From: a virus
Length of the DNA: 64,000 nucleotides
Direction: 5' to 3' (one strand)
IMG/VR virus record: IMGVR_UViG_3300035698_012962
Span: 72,267 to 136,266 of that record
A model generated the notes under the pieces. The model was not told where the DNA came from and ran no database searches. It saw nothing but the letters and a program-made list of their open reading frames with translations. Position numbers and translations under genes: made by a program. This document shows, piece by piece, positions 11,161 through 21,688 of the stretch (position 1 is the first letter of the stretch; every line of letters begins with the position of its first letter).

Positions 11161-11191
11161 ATATCAAATCGTATTATATTACTAATATAAT

Positions 11192-11220
11192 AATATACAA
11201 AAAAATATATAAAATGTCAA
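11192..11220 (-). promoter_or_regulatory. Sigma70-type promoter for thyA
   Basis: Minus strand TTGACA-N17-TATATT. Confidence 0.75.
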
Positions 11221-11237
11221 ATTAAATATATAATAGT

Positions 11238-12551
11238 TTAATAAATCTTTGAGTCAAAATTATCTGGATATCTAGAGTTAATGCGTTTATCTCTAATGTT
11301 TGTAACCCAATAATTTACAGCGGCTTGGTCATCTTGCCACTGTGAAATGTTTGACCAATCAAAATCATTTCTCGTATAATATGGCTTTTTTGCATCCGCA
11401 TACCTTCCTTTCATAGAATGTGTTGGTACGTCAATTCTACCATCACCATCTGTATCATATCCATCAATTTCTTTTGAATTTTTGTCTATGTGAACGGGTA
11501 CTCTGCCTATTTTCTTTTCTAAATTTGGAGTTTGTACAACTTCTTCTTTTACTTCTTCTACATCACTTTCCGGCTGTAGATGAGATTCTTCTATAGGGGG
11601 TTCTAATTCTTCTCCAGAATCATCTACTATAGGAGTACTACTACTATCATCTACTTTTTCATTATCATCCTTTACAACCGATTTTTGTGGTTTGGATTTT
11701 CGTTCACCATACACCTCATAGGTATTAGGAGACTTAACGGTGACCTTCGCATCTTTCTCTAATCTATTATAATAAAGAGATAAGTTAAATGCAATTACCA
11801 ATGATATCGCCAATGGGTCGAATGTTATCATTATAACAATTGCTATAATGTTTACTACTGTTGACATTGGTACATTTAATACATCAGCTAAGAATTGTAA
11901 AGGTCCGAGTTCATTTACTACATCGGTTTCGTCTCTTAGTTCATAAATTCGTTCATCAAAAGTAGTGATTGAATCAGTATATGCATCTATCCTTTCAGTA
12001 AGAAGATCTCTTCTTTCTTGAGCATTTTCTAATTGAGTGGTAAGAACATTACGTGTAGCGGATGAAGTGGTAGTAACTAGTTGTCCTGTTTCTTGATCTA
12101 TATATTGAATGGTATTACCTGATAATCCTTCAGATAATGTTAATATGGTAGATGTTAAATTACCTCTTTCTTCATTAAATGCATCTATTTGTTCATTGAA
12201 CCTATCTTTTCTCAATTCAATAACTTCTACTCTACGATCTAATATATTCAACTCATTCGATGATGACTGGAACGCTGAAGTTAGGTATCCATAAAACCCC
12301 ATTGAAGTAATACATACTAATATTATTACTGCTATAGTTAGATAAGTTTTCATAACAAATTTTACTCTATCCCAATATAAATATAAGAATGAAGCTGTTA
12401 TGATTTTAGAAAACTCCATAACCCCTGCCATTACCATTATTTCAGTTTTAGAACCTGAAAATAGTGCACCTAGCCCCTGTACGGAGAAGTATGCACCAAC
12501 AATAGCCATAAGTAGTGCGGCTAATCCAATGAGTAATGTTCTAACGTTCAT
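11238..12551 (-). CDS. Membrane protein with coiled-coil and acidic tail
   Basis: Three N-terminal TM helices, coiled coil, ELGPLQFLA...FDPLAISL TM segment. Confidence 0.75.
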   Translation of the reverse strand: MNVRTLLIGLAALLMAIVGAYFSVQGLGALFSGSKTEIMVMAGVMEFSKIITASFLYLYWDRVKFVMKTYLTIAVIILVCITSMGFYGYLTSAFQSSSNELNILDRRVEVIELRKDRFNEQIDAFNEERGNLTSTILTLSEGLSGNTIQYIDQETGQLVTTTSSATRNVLTTQLENAQERRDLLTERIDAYTDSITTFDERIYELRDETDVVNELGPLQFLADVLNVPMSTVVNIIAIVIMITFDPLAISLVIAFNLSLYYNRLEKDAKVTVKSPNTYEVYGERKSKPQKSVVKDDNEKVDDSSSTPIVDDSGEELEPPIEESHLQPESDVEEVKEEVVQTPNLEKKIGRVPVHIDKNSKEIDGYDTDGDGRIDVPTHSMKGRYADAKKPYYTRNDFDWSNISQWQDDQAAVNYWVTNIRDKRINSRYPDNFDSKIY

Positions 12552-12561
12552 CTGTTATTAA

Positions 12562-12750
12562 TTATTGAGTTGGTACTATTTCTATAATAGCCTTATTTGA
12601 ATCTGATAAGTGTTTTACTTCTTTTACTAATTTAAGTATTTCATCATTTGTTAAAACACGATTTCCTTGTGCTACATCCATAATGATACCTAATCGTTTT
12701 TCCATTGCGGAAATATTGTCTAATACTTTTTGTTGATATGCTAATTTCAT
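12562..12750 (-). CDS. Small hypothetical protein
   Basis: 62 aa; TACTTATA motif at 12772-12779 upstream. Confidence 0.55.
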   Translation of the reverse strand: MKLAYQQKVLDNISAMEKRLGIIMDVAQGNRVLTNDEILKLVKEVKHLSDSNKAIIEIVPTQ

Positions 12751-12793
12751 ATATATTTAGTTTGTTTGATTTATAAGTATAAGTATAGAAAAT

Positions 12794-12831
12794 AAAAAAA
12801 ATGGTGATAAGGCTATCAACCCTACCACCAT
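12794..12831 (-). terminator. Rho-independent terminator
   Basis: Minus strand ATGGTGGTAGGGT-TGATA-GCCTTATCACCAT (13-bp stem with G-U pairs) followed by T7. Confidence 0.85.
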
Positions 12832-12862
12832 ACCTAACCTAATATTTTAATTTCTACTTATA
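12794..12862 (-). ncRNA. Candidate ~70-nt small RNA
   Basis: Lies between a TTGACA-N17-TATATT promoter (12897-12869) and the terminator; no credible ORF; contains AUUAGGUUAGGU. Confidence 0.5.
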
Positions 12863-12893
12863 ATATATAATATACGAAAAAATATACCAATTG

Positions 12894-13430
12894 TCAAATT
12901 AATATTATATTAATAAATGTTGAAACATCTATATCACTTTCTCTATAATAAACCTGTACTTGCATTGTATCACCTCTCATTGCAAATATTGGTGCAATTA
13001 ATCCTGAAAATTCACCACTATCTTTTGTGATGGAAACTGGATTAACAGTTGGTACTTCCATACCCTTAAATCCCTGTACATAAATAGTATCCACTGTTAC
13101 CCAAGTACCTGTTCTACGAATATATCTCCGTACTTCAATACCAAGAGAATCACCTAATACCCATTTATGTGAAGATTCCCATCCTAATTTTTTTCTTCTA
13201 TCTATTTGACCACCATCTTTTTCAATCATACCTTGGACACGATGAATGGTTTGGTTTGAATGTTCATTTAATTGAAGTTCATAGTAACCATTACTATCTT
13301 TGTTCAACCTACCGTCTAAATATATTTCATAATCAGGTAGATATTCTACATTAGATATATCATTGCAATTGGTAAATATAAATAAACTAATTCCTAGCCA
13401 CATCCATAAATACTTCATACTCCACTCCAT
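12894..13430 (-). CDS. Putative lipoprotein
   Basis: MKYLWMWLGISLFIFTNC signal ending in Cys; start possibly 13418. Confidence 0.6.
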   Translation of the reverse strand: MEWSMKYLWMWLGISLFIFTNCNDISNVEYLPDYEIYLDGRLNKDSNGYYELQLNEHSNQTIHRVQGMIEKDGGQIDRRKKLGWESSHKWVLGDSLGIEVRRYIRRTGTWVTVDTIYVQGFKGMEVPTVNPVSITKDSGEFSGLIAPIFAMRGDTMQVQVYYRESDIDVSTFINIILI

Positions 13431-13628
13431 TTATTATTATCGTTTTGGGGTTAGGTGCTTCCTTTTTCATTTTTAAATCATTATACTCCTCTTCTGTGAT
13501 CACTCTATATACAATTCTGTTTTCTATAGCACAGTCGATTACTATTAAATGGTCTTCTGCTAGTTCGTTTATTTCACCAGTATCCCATCTATCGAAAACT
13601 TCTTGTTTAAATTCTCTGTATGTTTGTG

Positions 13629-14336
13629 TCATGACGCCGAAACTCTATCTGAAGTAATAATTATATCAAAATATCTATCTACTAACATTCTATAATAGGT
13701 ATCGTTGGGTACTCCATAATTTCCAATTGACCACATATCATTAAACTCCACTACTACGTTTAGCTCATTTCTTAATATACCTACATCAATAATATATGTA
13801 GAAGGAAAATCTTTTTTATTTTCTTCTATTATATCCTCTATAAATAATCTATGTGGTATCTGAAAAAGATCTCCACTATAATTATGCATATCCTTAATTT
13901 TATTTTTATGTACGTACACGCGTACATACGTATCATCGGATATATTTGCTATAGAAGAATACACCATCTCATCAATAACAAATCCAGTAAATGATTTCAA
14001 TTCAGTTGGTAATGGTTTAATAAAATACTTACCACCTGCCTTTACTCTATTCTTTACTTCTCCTAATGTTAGAATTTCACTAAATCTATCAGAGTTTCTA
14101 GGTAATTGAATACAATCAAGTGTTATTCCAACTCGTCTAAATACCTCAGTCATAAACTCAACAGAACCTACGAATAAATTATTATCTATTACTAAATCAT
14201 ATTTACCTTCCTTTACTTCATCAAAAGTAACTAATTTATATTTTAATACACCACTATCAAACGCTCCATAAAGAGCACTTGCAGCATCAAAGTGATGAGG
14301 TAGTATTCCATAATGGGATTTTTGAATAAATATCAT
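13629..14336 (-). CDS. ATP-grasp domain protein (R2K/DUF4343-like)
   Basis: FVGSVEF, FIKP...K.FTG, IDVG...VVEFNDMWSIGNYG. Confidence 0.7.
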   Translation of the reverse strand: MIFIQKSHYGILPHHFDAASALYGAFDSGVLKYKLVTFDEVKEGKYDLVIDNNLFVGSVEFMTEVFRRVGITLDCIQLPRNSDRFSEILTLGEVKNRVKAGGKYFIKPLPTELKSFTGFVIDEMVYSSIANISDDTYVRVYVHKNKIKDMHNYSGDLFQIPHRLFIEDIIEENKKDFPSTYIIDVGILRNELNVVVEFNDMWSIGNYGVPNDTYYRMLVDRYFDIIITSDRVSAS

Positions 14337-14341
14337 ATTTG

Positions 14342-15738
14342 TTAAACTTTAAGTAATGGATCAACTTTCTTTTCTAACTTCTTTAATTCTTCATAAATTT
14401 CATTGGTGAAGTATCCATAAATCCGTAACGTTCCATATTTCTCTTTTACATCATTAATAAGGATACCTTTTGCAAGTTTTCTATGGAGTTTATGCGCCCA
14501 CCACCATCTGACCCTTACAATAGAATTATCATTTCCTACGAGGTGTAGTAATCTTAAAACTGTTTTAGGACACCACTTTGATCTCATTTGGGAATCTACA
14601 TATTCAAAAAATGTATCTATATACTCATATCCTTCTGTTCCTTCTCTGAACAGATTGTATCCATATCCCATATATACCCATCTTCTTTGTTTGCCAGGGA
14701 AGATTGTATTCCAGAATGTTTTTGGTGTTAATTTATTAAAATAATATTTCTTTTTTTTGTTCATTTATCTATTGTAATACTCTTCGTAAGGTTTTTAATA
14801 CGGTATTTAGCTCTTGAAGTTTTCTATAAGAATTATATTTCATTTCAAAGAGATTATGGTATTGATCTGAATTCAGAAACTCTAATAATTCTTTACGGGT
14901 TTTGATCGTTTGAATTTCTTCTTCAATCTTTCTATATTCTTCAAAAAACTTATTAGAATATTCTATTTTTTTCGAGGTATCATATATTAAGAAGCCCGCC
15001 ATTACCCCGAATAGACTACCCACCGTTAATGCTAACAAAAACAGATCCGGATTGTTATAATACATTACACTGAAAAATAGTAAGAAAATAAATAGAAACA
15101 TATAAATAGATAACTTCGATGGAGAAGTGTTTTCAATTTTTCTAATAAATTCATATATTTTTTATCTATAAAGGGTTACAAAACTTCCAAAGTATTTATC
15201 GAACGTATCTACTAAGTGATCGTAACCACTTTCAGTCATTTCTTTTTGAACAGTTTCCCAATCTAACTCTAATTGATCAGCAAATCGCTTTGCCTTACCT
15301 AAAAGAGAATATGCATTCCCCTCTGGCCCAGTTAAATCAATTTCAATTCGTCTATTTTCGATTTCTTTTTTTGATTTTATCATACTAACTCTGATTTTGG
15401 GTTTGTTTTTTAATTGCTTCTTCTAACAGTTGTTTTTTATACATCATAATTCTTGGTCGATTCTTTTTACCTATCGGTCGTTGCCAGTAATCTATTTGTT
15501 TTGGGGTTAAAAACCCTCTTTTCATATAAAACTTTGCCATTGAAGTTCCAATCTCACCATGGGCACCTGTGAATCCAATACCGTTATTTCTGTTAGTGGT
15601 TTCGTAGATTTGTTCTTCTCTGGTCTGTCGATTGAATAAATGAACAAGAGCCTTACCAACTGCGTGAACTCTCATTGGTTCTTTACTCGTCAATACCGCC
15701 TCAATTTGTTCAATTAACTTTTTTTTATCAACTTTCAT
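14342..15738 (-). CDS. Four hypothetical proteins (14342..14764, 14769..15101, 15162..15383, 15385..15738)
   Basis: Co-oriented ORFs below the promoter at 15806; motifs KEKYGTLRIY and IDLTGPEGNA recalled as common in phage proteins. Confidence 0.65.
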
Positions 15739-15978
15739 AATAATTAGGTTAAGTTGTTGTTCTCATTCAACACCAGTAATATAGTGTATAGTATGATAAA
15801 AGTCAAGGATTATTTCACTCTTCGGAAATATTTACTAATGACGAGTATACTTCCTCACTCATTTGATTTATTAAATCTGAAATTTCATCTACTGATAGTT
15901 TATGATGATTGGATAGAGTTACATCTACCTCGATTTCACATTTATCTTCTATATCAAAATTAAATACGTAAGATTGTC

Positions 15979-16295
15979 CTAACATTGCTCTACCACCGTT
16001 TCTCCCAGTTTAGTTAATTTTAATGTGTAATGCCATGCCATAGTATCAAAATCTAATAGATTTTTATCAAAAAGAGAGTTTGCGGTTAGAAGAGTGCCGT
16101 TTTCATTTCTTGCATTGAATCTTGATTCTTCTGGCATAGTATCCAATTTCGTTTATAATGTTCTGCATACTTTTCAAACGAATATGATCCGTCATCTCTA
16201 TACTCCAAATATCCTTTTTCTTTAGCTCGTTTTAACAGTGATACTTCATCATCTGTTAATTCTAATTCGATAGAAATTGTATGTTTATATTTCAT
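15979..16295 (-). pseudogene. Small gene interrupted by a 1-nt frameshift near 16150
   Basis: A second frame continues LDTMPEESRFNARN...LTKLGETVVEQC* from an A-run. Confidence 0.55.
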
Positions 16296-17305
16296 AATTT
16301 TCTAAATTCTGGTCTTATTAAAGCCCAAATTAATTGTTTGTAAGATTTCCCATCTAACATTTTGAATAAGATAGCGGGTTTGTTAGTAGAGTTTATTGCA
16401 TATTCAGCGAATAATTTTCTATCTTCAACAATATCCCTTTTTTTTGCTTCTGCGAATAGAGATAAATAGAACTCTTTTGTTTCTAAATACTTCATTTTTA
16501 GTTCTTCTTCATATGATCTTATTTTGTCATAGAATTCATCTGGAACATCTTCTAATATTTTAGTCATATCATCACCGTTCCGTAATATATCCCATACACC
16601 TAATGTAGATATTTCTGTCATAATTTTATGAAGTCTAAAGTACTCTTCGAATTTTACCTTTATAAAATCACCATTAGAAAATCTAACAACGAATCCTTCT
16701 GAATTATCCCACTCTAAATCTTTCAGTTCTTCCAATTTTAAGTTAGGATACTCTTTAACTACGTCAAATCCAAATTCTCTGTAGTGTTGAATTTCTTTAT
16801 ACTCACCTGTAGTAAAATTTCGTTTACCTAACATAACTAATCGCTCTTCCTCATATAACACCACAATACGATTCTCAGGATATATAATTTCCCACATGTA
16901 CGTGAAATTTTTATCCAATTTATCTTTATCATATCGTTCAATAAGTTCGTATGCCTTCATTGCTTGGTCTGAAATGAAGGAGCCACGTGAAGTAATAATT
17001 AATGTATCATTATAGTAAAAGGAAGAAATATAGGAACCATCTAACTTTTCATATACAGTGTAATCTTCAGTAGGTGTATGCTTATCTTCTTCAAGATTAA
17101 AGAATTTATCAAATCCACGAGATACAACATATCCAGTAGTGTTATCAGTAACCAATCCTCTACAAGCAATTGTTACTTCATCCCAATGTTGTTCGTATGT
17201 AGTGGAAAGTGAATAATTCCAAATTGTTAAAGGAAGAGTCGGATGATCTTGTGAAATTAACCAACCATCAGCTTCGTACAATCGTAATGTTTCTTCGAAA
17301 TTCAT
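16292..17305 (-). CDS. RNA ligase, T4 Rnl1-like
   Basis: CRGLV, FDKFFN, EKLDGS (motif I), SRGSF, ENRIVV, EGFVV, KVK. Confidence 0.9.
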   Translation of the reverse strand: MNFEETLRLYEADGWLISQDHPTLPLTIWNYSLSTTYEQHWDEVTIACRGLVTDNTTGYVVSRGFDKFFNLEEDKHTPTEDYTVYEKLDGSYISSFYYNDTLIITSRGSFISDQAMKAYELIERYDKDKLDKNFTYMWEIIYPENRIVVLYEEERLVMLGKRNFTTGEYKEIQHYREFGFDVVKEYPNLKLEELKDLEWDNSEGFVVRFSNGDFIKVKFEEYFRLHKIMTEISTLGVWDILRNGDDMTKILEDVPDEFYDKIRSYEEELKMKYLETKEFYLSLFAEAKKRDIVEDRKLFAEYAINSTNKPAILFKMLDGKSYKQLIWALIRPEFRKL

Positions 17306-17370
17306 TTATTCAATTAAATTAGTAATTATTAATACTCTATTATACATAAAGTTTTTATCAAAGTCAAATA

Positions 17371-18612
17371 CTAATTTTTTAAATCAGAATCATACCGATC
17401 TGGGATGTATTCGTTAATAAAATCCCATTCACTGTTAGAAAGTTTAAAGTACTTCTTTAATTTTCTATCAGACCATTTTTTTGAAAAATCTAAATATGGT
17501 ACTGCTTTCAATTCACCACTTTCTAAATGTTGATTAACTTTAAATAAAGATAAACAAAATCTTGCAAACTTAGTTAATAAATAAGATTTCCCATTTTCTA
17601 ATTCCTTTTCATTTTTGAACGAAATTTCATTATACGGTGTACCCTTTTTATTTTTACCAATTGGGGTTTGAGTTATTCTAGATGATATATCATGTTCGTG
17701 CATCTTTCCTAGAAATGTATTAAAATTTGGGTGCGGGGCTCCGTTATTAGGAATTCCCGTCGCTATTGTATTAACTCGTAGATAAACATTTCCACCCGTT
17801 GCGCCATTTCTATATGTATAATCCTCAAGTGATTGGTTCATCTTTTCAAAAATCTTATCTCTTATTGATAATACTATATCGTTACCATGAATGAATACAT
17901 TATCAAGTGAATTATATTGAATACTATCATCAGTATTGTAATGAGAATATATAACATTTATATTTTTATTCTCTCTTTTTATAACAGTTGTAATAGAAAG
18001 AGGTATTTCTTGTTGAACATTAAAGAAAGAGTTACCATTTATAATTTTCAGTTCAGTTTCATATGTATTTATAATACTTTGAATCTTTTTTACCCTTCCT
18101 TTAAAGTTTAAAGGTTTTCTTGTTATAAACGGTGTTGCTGGATGTATACATACAATAGTTCCACCTTCTTTTAATAACTCAAATGCGTTATTAAAATGAT
18201 TCATATGCGAACCATGGGAATATGATGGATTCATTACAATTCCAGCGAATTTTATTTTCTTCAATTTGTTAAGGTCTTTACCAAACTTTTTAAAGTCGGC
18301 TTTTGTAATATTAACAAACCCCAAATTTATTCCAAACTTTTCCGATGTTGGTGATATATCGTTTCCGTAGATCATATTATTTATAATATGTTCATGTGAA
18401 TGATATTTTATCAATTTTCTATAAAGGGCGATGAGAAACGAACCTGTTCCACTAGTTGGATCTAAAAACTTCGAATCTGGATTTTGAAATAACAATTCAT
18501 CAAATTTTGAAATCATTTCATTTACTAATTCAATAGGTGTAGGTTGTAATGAACCGGCCCGACACATTGAATATTTACTTAGTTGTATTTTTCTCTGTTC
18601 TTTTGTAATCAT
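17371..18612 (-). CDS. N6-adenine DNA methyltransferase (Eco57I-like)
   Basis: TP..LV, FLDPTSGTGSF (motif I), MNPSY (variant motif IV), TKFARF...VP.LDFSKKWSD..L..YF.L. Confidence 0.8.
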   Translation of the reverse strand: MITKEQRKIQLSKYSMCRAGSLQPTPIELVNEMISKFDELLFQNPDSKFLDPTSGTGSFLIALYRKLIKYHSHEHIINNMIYGNDISPTSEKFGINLGFVNITKADFKKFGKDLNKLKKIKFAGIVMNPSYSHGSHMNHFNNAFELLKEGGTIVCIHPATPFITRKPLNFKGRVKKIQSIINTYETELKIINGNSFFNVQQEIPLSITTVIKRENKNINVIYSHYNTDDSIQYNSLDNVFIHGNDIVLSIRDKIFEKMNQSLEDYTYRNGATGGNVYLRVNTIATGIPNNGAPHPNFNTFLGKMHEHDISSRITQTPIGKNKKGTPYNEISFKNEKELENGKSYLLTKFARFCLSLFKVNQHLESGELKAVPYLDFSKKWSDRKLKKYFKLSNSEWDFINEYIPDRYDSDLKN

Positions 18613-20864
18613 AAATAATAGTTTAGTTCAAATTCATTAATAACGTTTTCTGATAGTAATAATCGTACCGATCCTAAATTACAATGAGTATTTTCATATA
18701 ATACATCTTCTTCCACTTCATTGAGTAAGTCTGAAACCGTAGCCACCTTATATAAATCGGCTAACATAGGAAATGAAGATACTATTGAAGCTACATTATC
18801 AAATGCCGTTTCAATATCCTTCTTATCTTTTTTATTTATATCTCTTTTTTCTCTATTTTTTATTGTATAATTCTTCCCACCTTTCAATTCACTATCACTA
18901 AATTTAGTTGATACTGCTTTATTTTTTTTGAAGGTTTTATCAAGAAACTCACTGAGTACTTTATGTAGATTATCCATATTAATCCAAGATTTAGCAGTGG
19001 CATGTAATTTGTGTTCCCGGTAATCACCATTGTTGATTACACCCATTACATCTTCTATATCAACTTCTTCAAAATTGGGCCCAGTTCCATTTCTATAGAT
19101 ATTATTATTATCCAACCACTCTTTAATTATTTCTTTAGGATCTTTTTCACCTTGTATAATTGCTCTTGATTTTGCAAATTCAAACACCATTTCAAATGTT
19201 CTATTAGGAACAAAATCAAAAACATATGCTACGTCCTTTCCTTTTAATGGGGATGATGCTCTAAATATAAATTGGAAATAACGTTCGGGTGACGTTGTCT
19301 CAGATAATACAAAACAAGCGTTCCAAGGTTCAACTGTAGTTCCTTCGATAAATCTACCAATAGTAACTGTTATTGATTTTTCAAACTTATCGACCGCTTT
19401 TAATACCTCACTTACAGCTTTCACATTATTTCCAGATGCGTTAATAATTTTTGTGTTTTCATCTGTTAATCTTTCTAGCATTTTTGATAGTGCTGTTGCA
19501 GATGCTACTGAATTTCCAGGCAGTAACCAAACTGTGTGATTTAAATTTGATACTATACGGTATGGAGAATATTTAGCCTTTCCATTTAATATTTGCGTCA
19601 TCCAATGTTCCACATCTCCTTCAAATACAAATTTACCTTTTTTATCAGTTGCTAATAATTTTGTTATTCTGAATTGTTCATCATCTTTAAACGAATTCTT
19701 TTTAATAATAGAATTAGGAATTGATGGAATATAGGTTTTAAGAGTCACTGCATCATTCGGGATTCCATTTTCAATATCTTTTCTTTTATCTTGTTGTTGG
19801 TCGATATAATCATAAAAATAACTATCTTCATCTCCAAATCCTCTATTAACATAAGTCTTTAATGGTGTTCCTGATGCCCATGTTCTATGATCTGATTTGA
19901 TAAGTTTTATAAGTTTTTCAAAGTTCTCTGTGTTTGTTCCTGAATGGCATTCATCAATAAAAACATCAGTGAAGTGAAATTTCTCTAAAAACTTTTGAAC
20001 TTCTGATCCAGATTTTTCATTATAGATTAGTTGAGTGGATATGGCAATAACAGTCGGATTACTATAGTTCACAATATCAGGAGTTCTATCTTCTTCTTTT
20101 TGTAATTCTATATAATCCCAATCCTTATAATATACGTGTTTATTTATATCCTTTTCCAAAGAAGCAAATACATTGGGTTTAGAAGTCAATACAAGGAAAA
20201 CACTTTCTCTGTTTAAATATTTATCTTCAATCAATGTTCGATTTGCAGTTAACCATGCAAAATTCTTTCCCCATCTCATAATTGCGGCTAATAAGTAATC
20301 AGTTCCACCTGATTTCCGATGTTTCACATATCCATTAATAAATTCAATTTGCCGATCTCTAGGCGGATATGCAAGACGTTTTTTACTACCATATAAAATA
20401 TAATTCACATTTTCAATGATCCGTTCTGGTTCACACTCGTAAATTTCAGTACTCGTTCCATCTGGATATATCCCTACTCCCTCTGACAATAAAGTTCGTC
20501 TTACAACTTGTTCAATTACATACGGTTCTTTTTTAATTTTAACACTTGATCGGTTGAAATTAACAGCCCATAATATAATTACAAAATCTGTAGTTGTCCC
20601 AAGATACCCATCAATTGTTGATTGGGGTGTTGACCCGTATTCTGCTTTGGTTCCATATTCTCCGAATTTGGGTACTAGTGGTTCAAATCCCCTCTCTGCG
20701 TTCATATAAGAAGTTCCCCAAACCCACATATACAACCCCTTACCATTTTCTCTAAATACATCAAATTCATTTGGACTCATAGTGGTTTTAAATTTTGCAC
20801 CACCTTTGTTGCTCATAGAAATCGTAGGTAGATTTTTTACATACCTTGCTACTTCATCAATCAT
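18609..20864 (-). CDS. SF2 helicase/restriction-like subunit
   Basis: MRWGKN (Walker A variant), IDECH, SGTP, EGTTVEPW, YFQFIFR, YVFDF; coupled to the MTase. Confidence 0.75.
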   Translation of the reverse strand: MIDEVARYVKNLPTISMSNKGGAKFKTTMSPNEFDVFRENGKGLYMWVWGTSYMNAERGFEPLVPKFGEYGTKAEYGSTPQSTIDGYLGTTTDFVIILWAVNFNRSSVKIKKEPYVIEQVVRRTLLSEGVGIYPDGTSTEIYECEPERIIENVNYILYGSKKRLAYPPRDRQIEFINGYVKHRKSGGTDYLLAAIMRWGKNFAWLTANRTLIEDKYLNRESVFLVLTSKPNVFASLEKDINKHVYYKDWDYIELQKEEDRTPDIVNYSNPTVIAISTQLIYNEKSGSEVQKFLEKFHFTDVFIDECHSGTNTENFEKLIKLIKSDHRTWASGTPLKTYVNRGFGDEDSYFYDYIDQQQDKRKDIENGIPNDAVTLKTYIPSIPNSIIKKNSFKDDEQFRITKLLATDKKGKFVFEGDVEHWMTQILNGKAKYSPYRIVSNLNHTVWLLPGNSVASATALSKMLERLTDENTKIINASGNNVKAVSEVLKAVDKFEKSITVTIGRFIEGTTVEPWNACFVLSETTSPERYFQFIFRASSPLKGKDVAYVFDFVPNRTFEMVFEFAKSRAIIQGEKDPKEIIKEWLDNNNIYRNGTGPNFEEVDIEDVMGVINNGDYREHKLHATAKSWINMDNLHKVLSEFLDKTFKKNKAVSTKFSDSELKGGKNYTIKNREKRDINKKDKKDIETAFDNVASIVSSFPMLADLYKVATVSDLLNEVEEDVLYENTHCNLGSVRLLLSENVINEFELNYYL

Positions 20865-20897
20865 TGTATCTTTATTTTATATTATATGTCAAACTAT

Positions 20898-21686
20898 TTA
20901 ATTACCAAACACTAATTTTACTTTATCTTCCACTTCATTCAATGGTGGAAAATGAACTACTTGAATCCTTGATCTTTCTACTACTAAATCTGGATTTGTA
21001 TGTGCTTGGTGTTTTGGTGGGAGTGTATCTAATTCTTCCTTTGTGAAAGCTGATGATACAATACTTCGTTTTACGTATGTACCTTTCCTAAATTTATCAG
21101 GCAAATCCTTCCAATTTACACCTACAGAATGTAACATCAACTTTTTCATTTCATCTCCGTTTTTGTTCTGTAGTTGTTTATGTGAAAAGAATGATTGTGC
21201 CAACATAGAAACTGAATTCTTTGTGGCATCGTTCTCTCGCCATAGTAATTGCGCAACAGCATCTTCTAATGTAGGTGTTTGATAAATTCTACTATCGAAG
21301 ATTGCAATTTTATTGTGATTTGGTAAATGAATATCAACCAATCTATTAAACTCAACAGATGCCTTAGAAGTTAATTTAGAAAGTATTTTTTGTTTTTTTC
21401 CTATATGATATAATGAAGAGTGTCGATTTGCTTCATATAATACAAGTGTAATTTCATCTGATTGAGTATATCCTATTACTGCATTCGTTTCATCTACTAA
21501 ATATTTAGTAAGTTCAATCATTATATCGGTTAACTTTTCATCGAAAGGTCTTTCCAACCCATTTGTCCAATTATGAAAGTTGTTTCCATCTAATCTAATA
21601 ATAACTGGAAGCGTTGGTATCATAATTTCTGGAGAGAAGCTCTTCTCTAACCATTTACACCAATCTCCTAATGTTTCAAATTTCAT
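20898..21686 (-). CDS. tRNA(His) guanylyltransferase Thg1-like protein
   Basis: RLDGNNFH, YTQSDEITL, FDSR, WR..DATKNSVSM. Confidence 0.92.
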   Translation of the reverse strand: MKFETLGDWCKWLEKSFSPEIMIPTLPVIIRLDGNNFHNWTNGLERPFDEKLTDIMIELTKYLVDETNAVIGYTQSDEITLVLYEANRHSSLYHIGKKQKILSKLTSKASVEFNRLVDIHLPNHNKIAIFDSRIYQTPTLEDAVAQLLWRENDATKNSVSMLAQSFFSHKQLQNKNGDEMKKLMLHSVGVNWKDLPDKFRKGTYVKRSIVSSAFTKEELDTLPPKHQAHTNPDLVVERSRIQVVHFPPLNEVEDKVKLVFGN

Positions 21687-21688
21687 AT

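Noticed and set aside
13905-13935. Possible internal deletion in the ATP-grasp gene at a tacgta/cgcg-rich patch
   Set aside because: The expected E-x-R segment seems short, but this cannot be established without an alignment
20862-20892. TTGACA upstream of the helicase as a promoter
   Set aside because: The best -10 at normal spacing would overlap the start codon; not supportable
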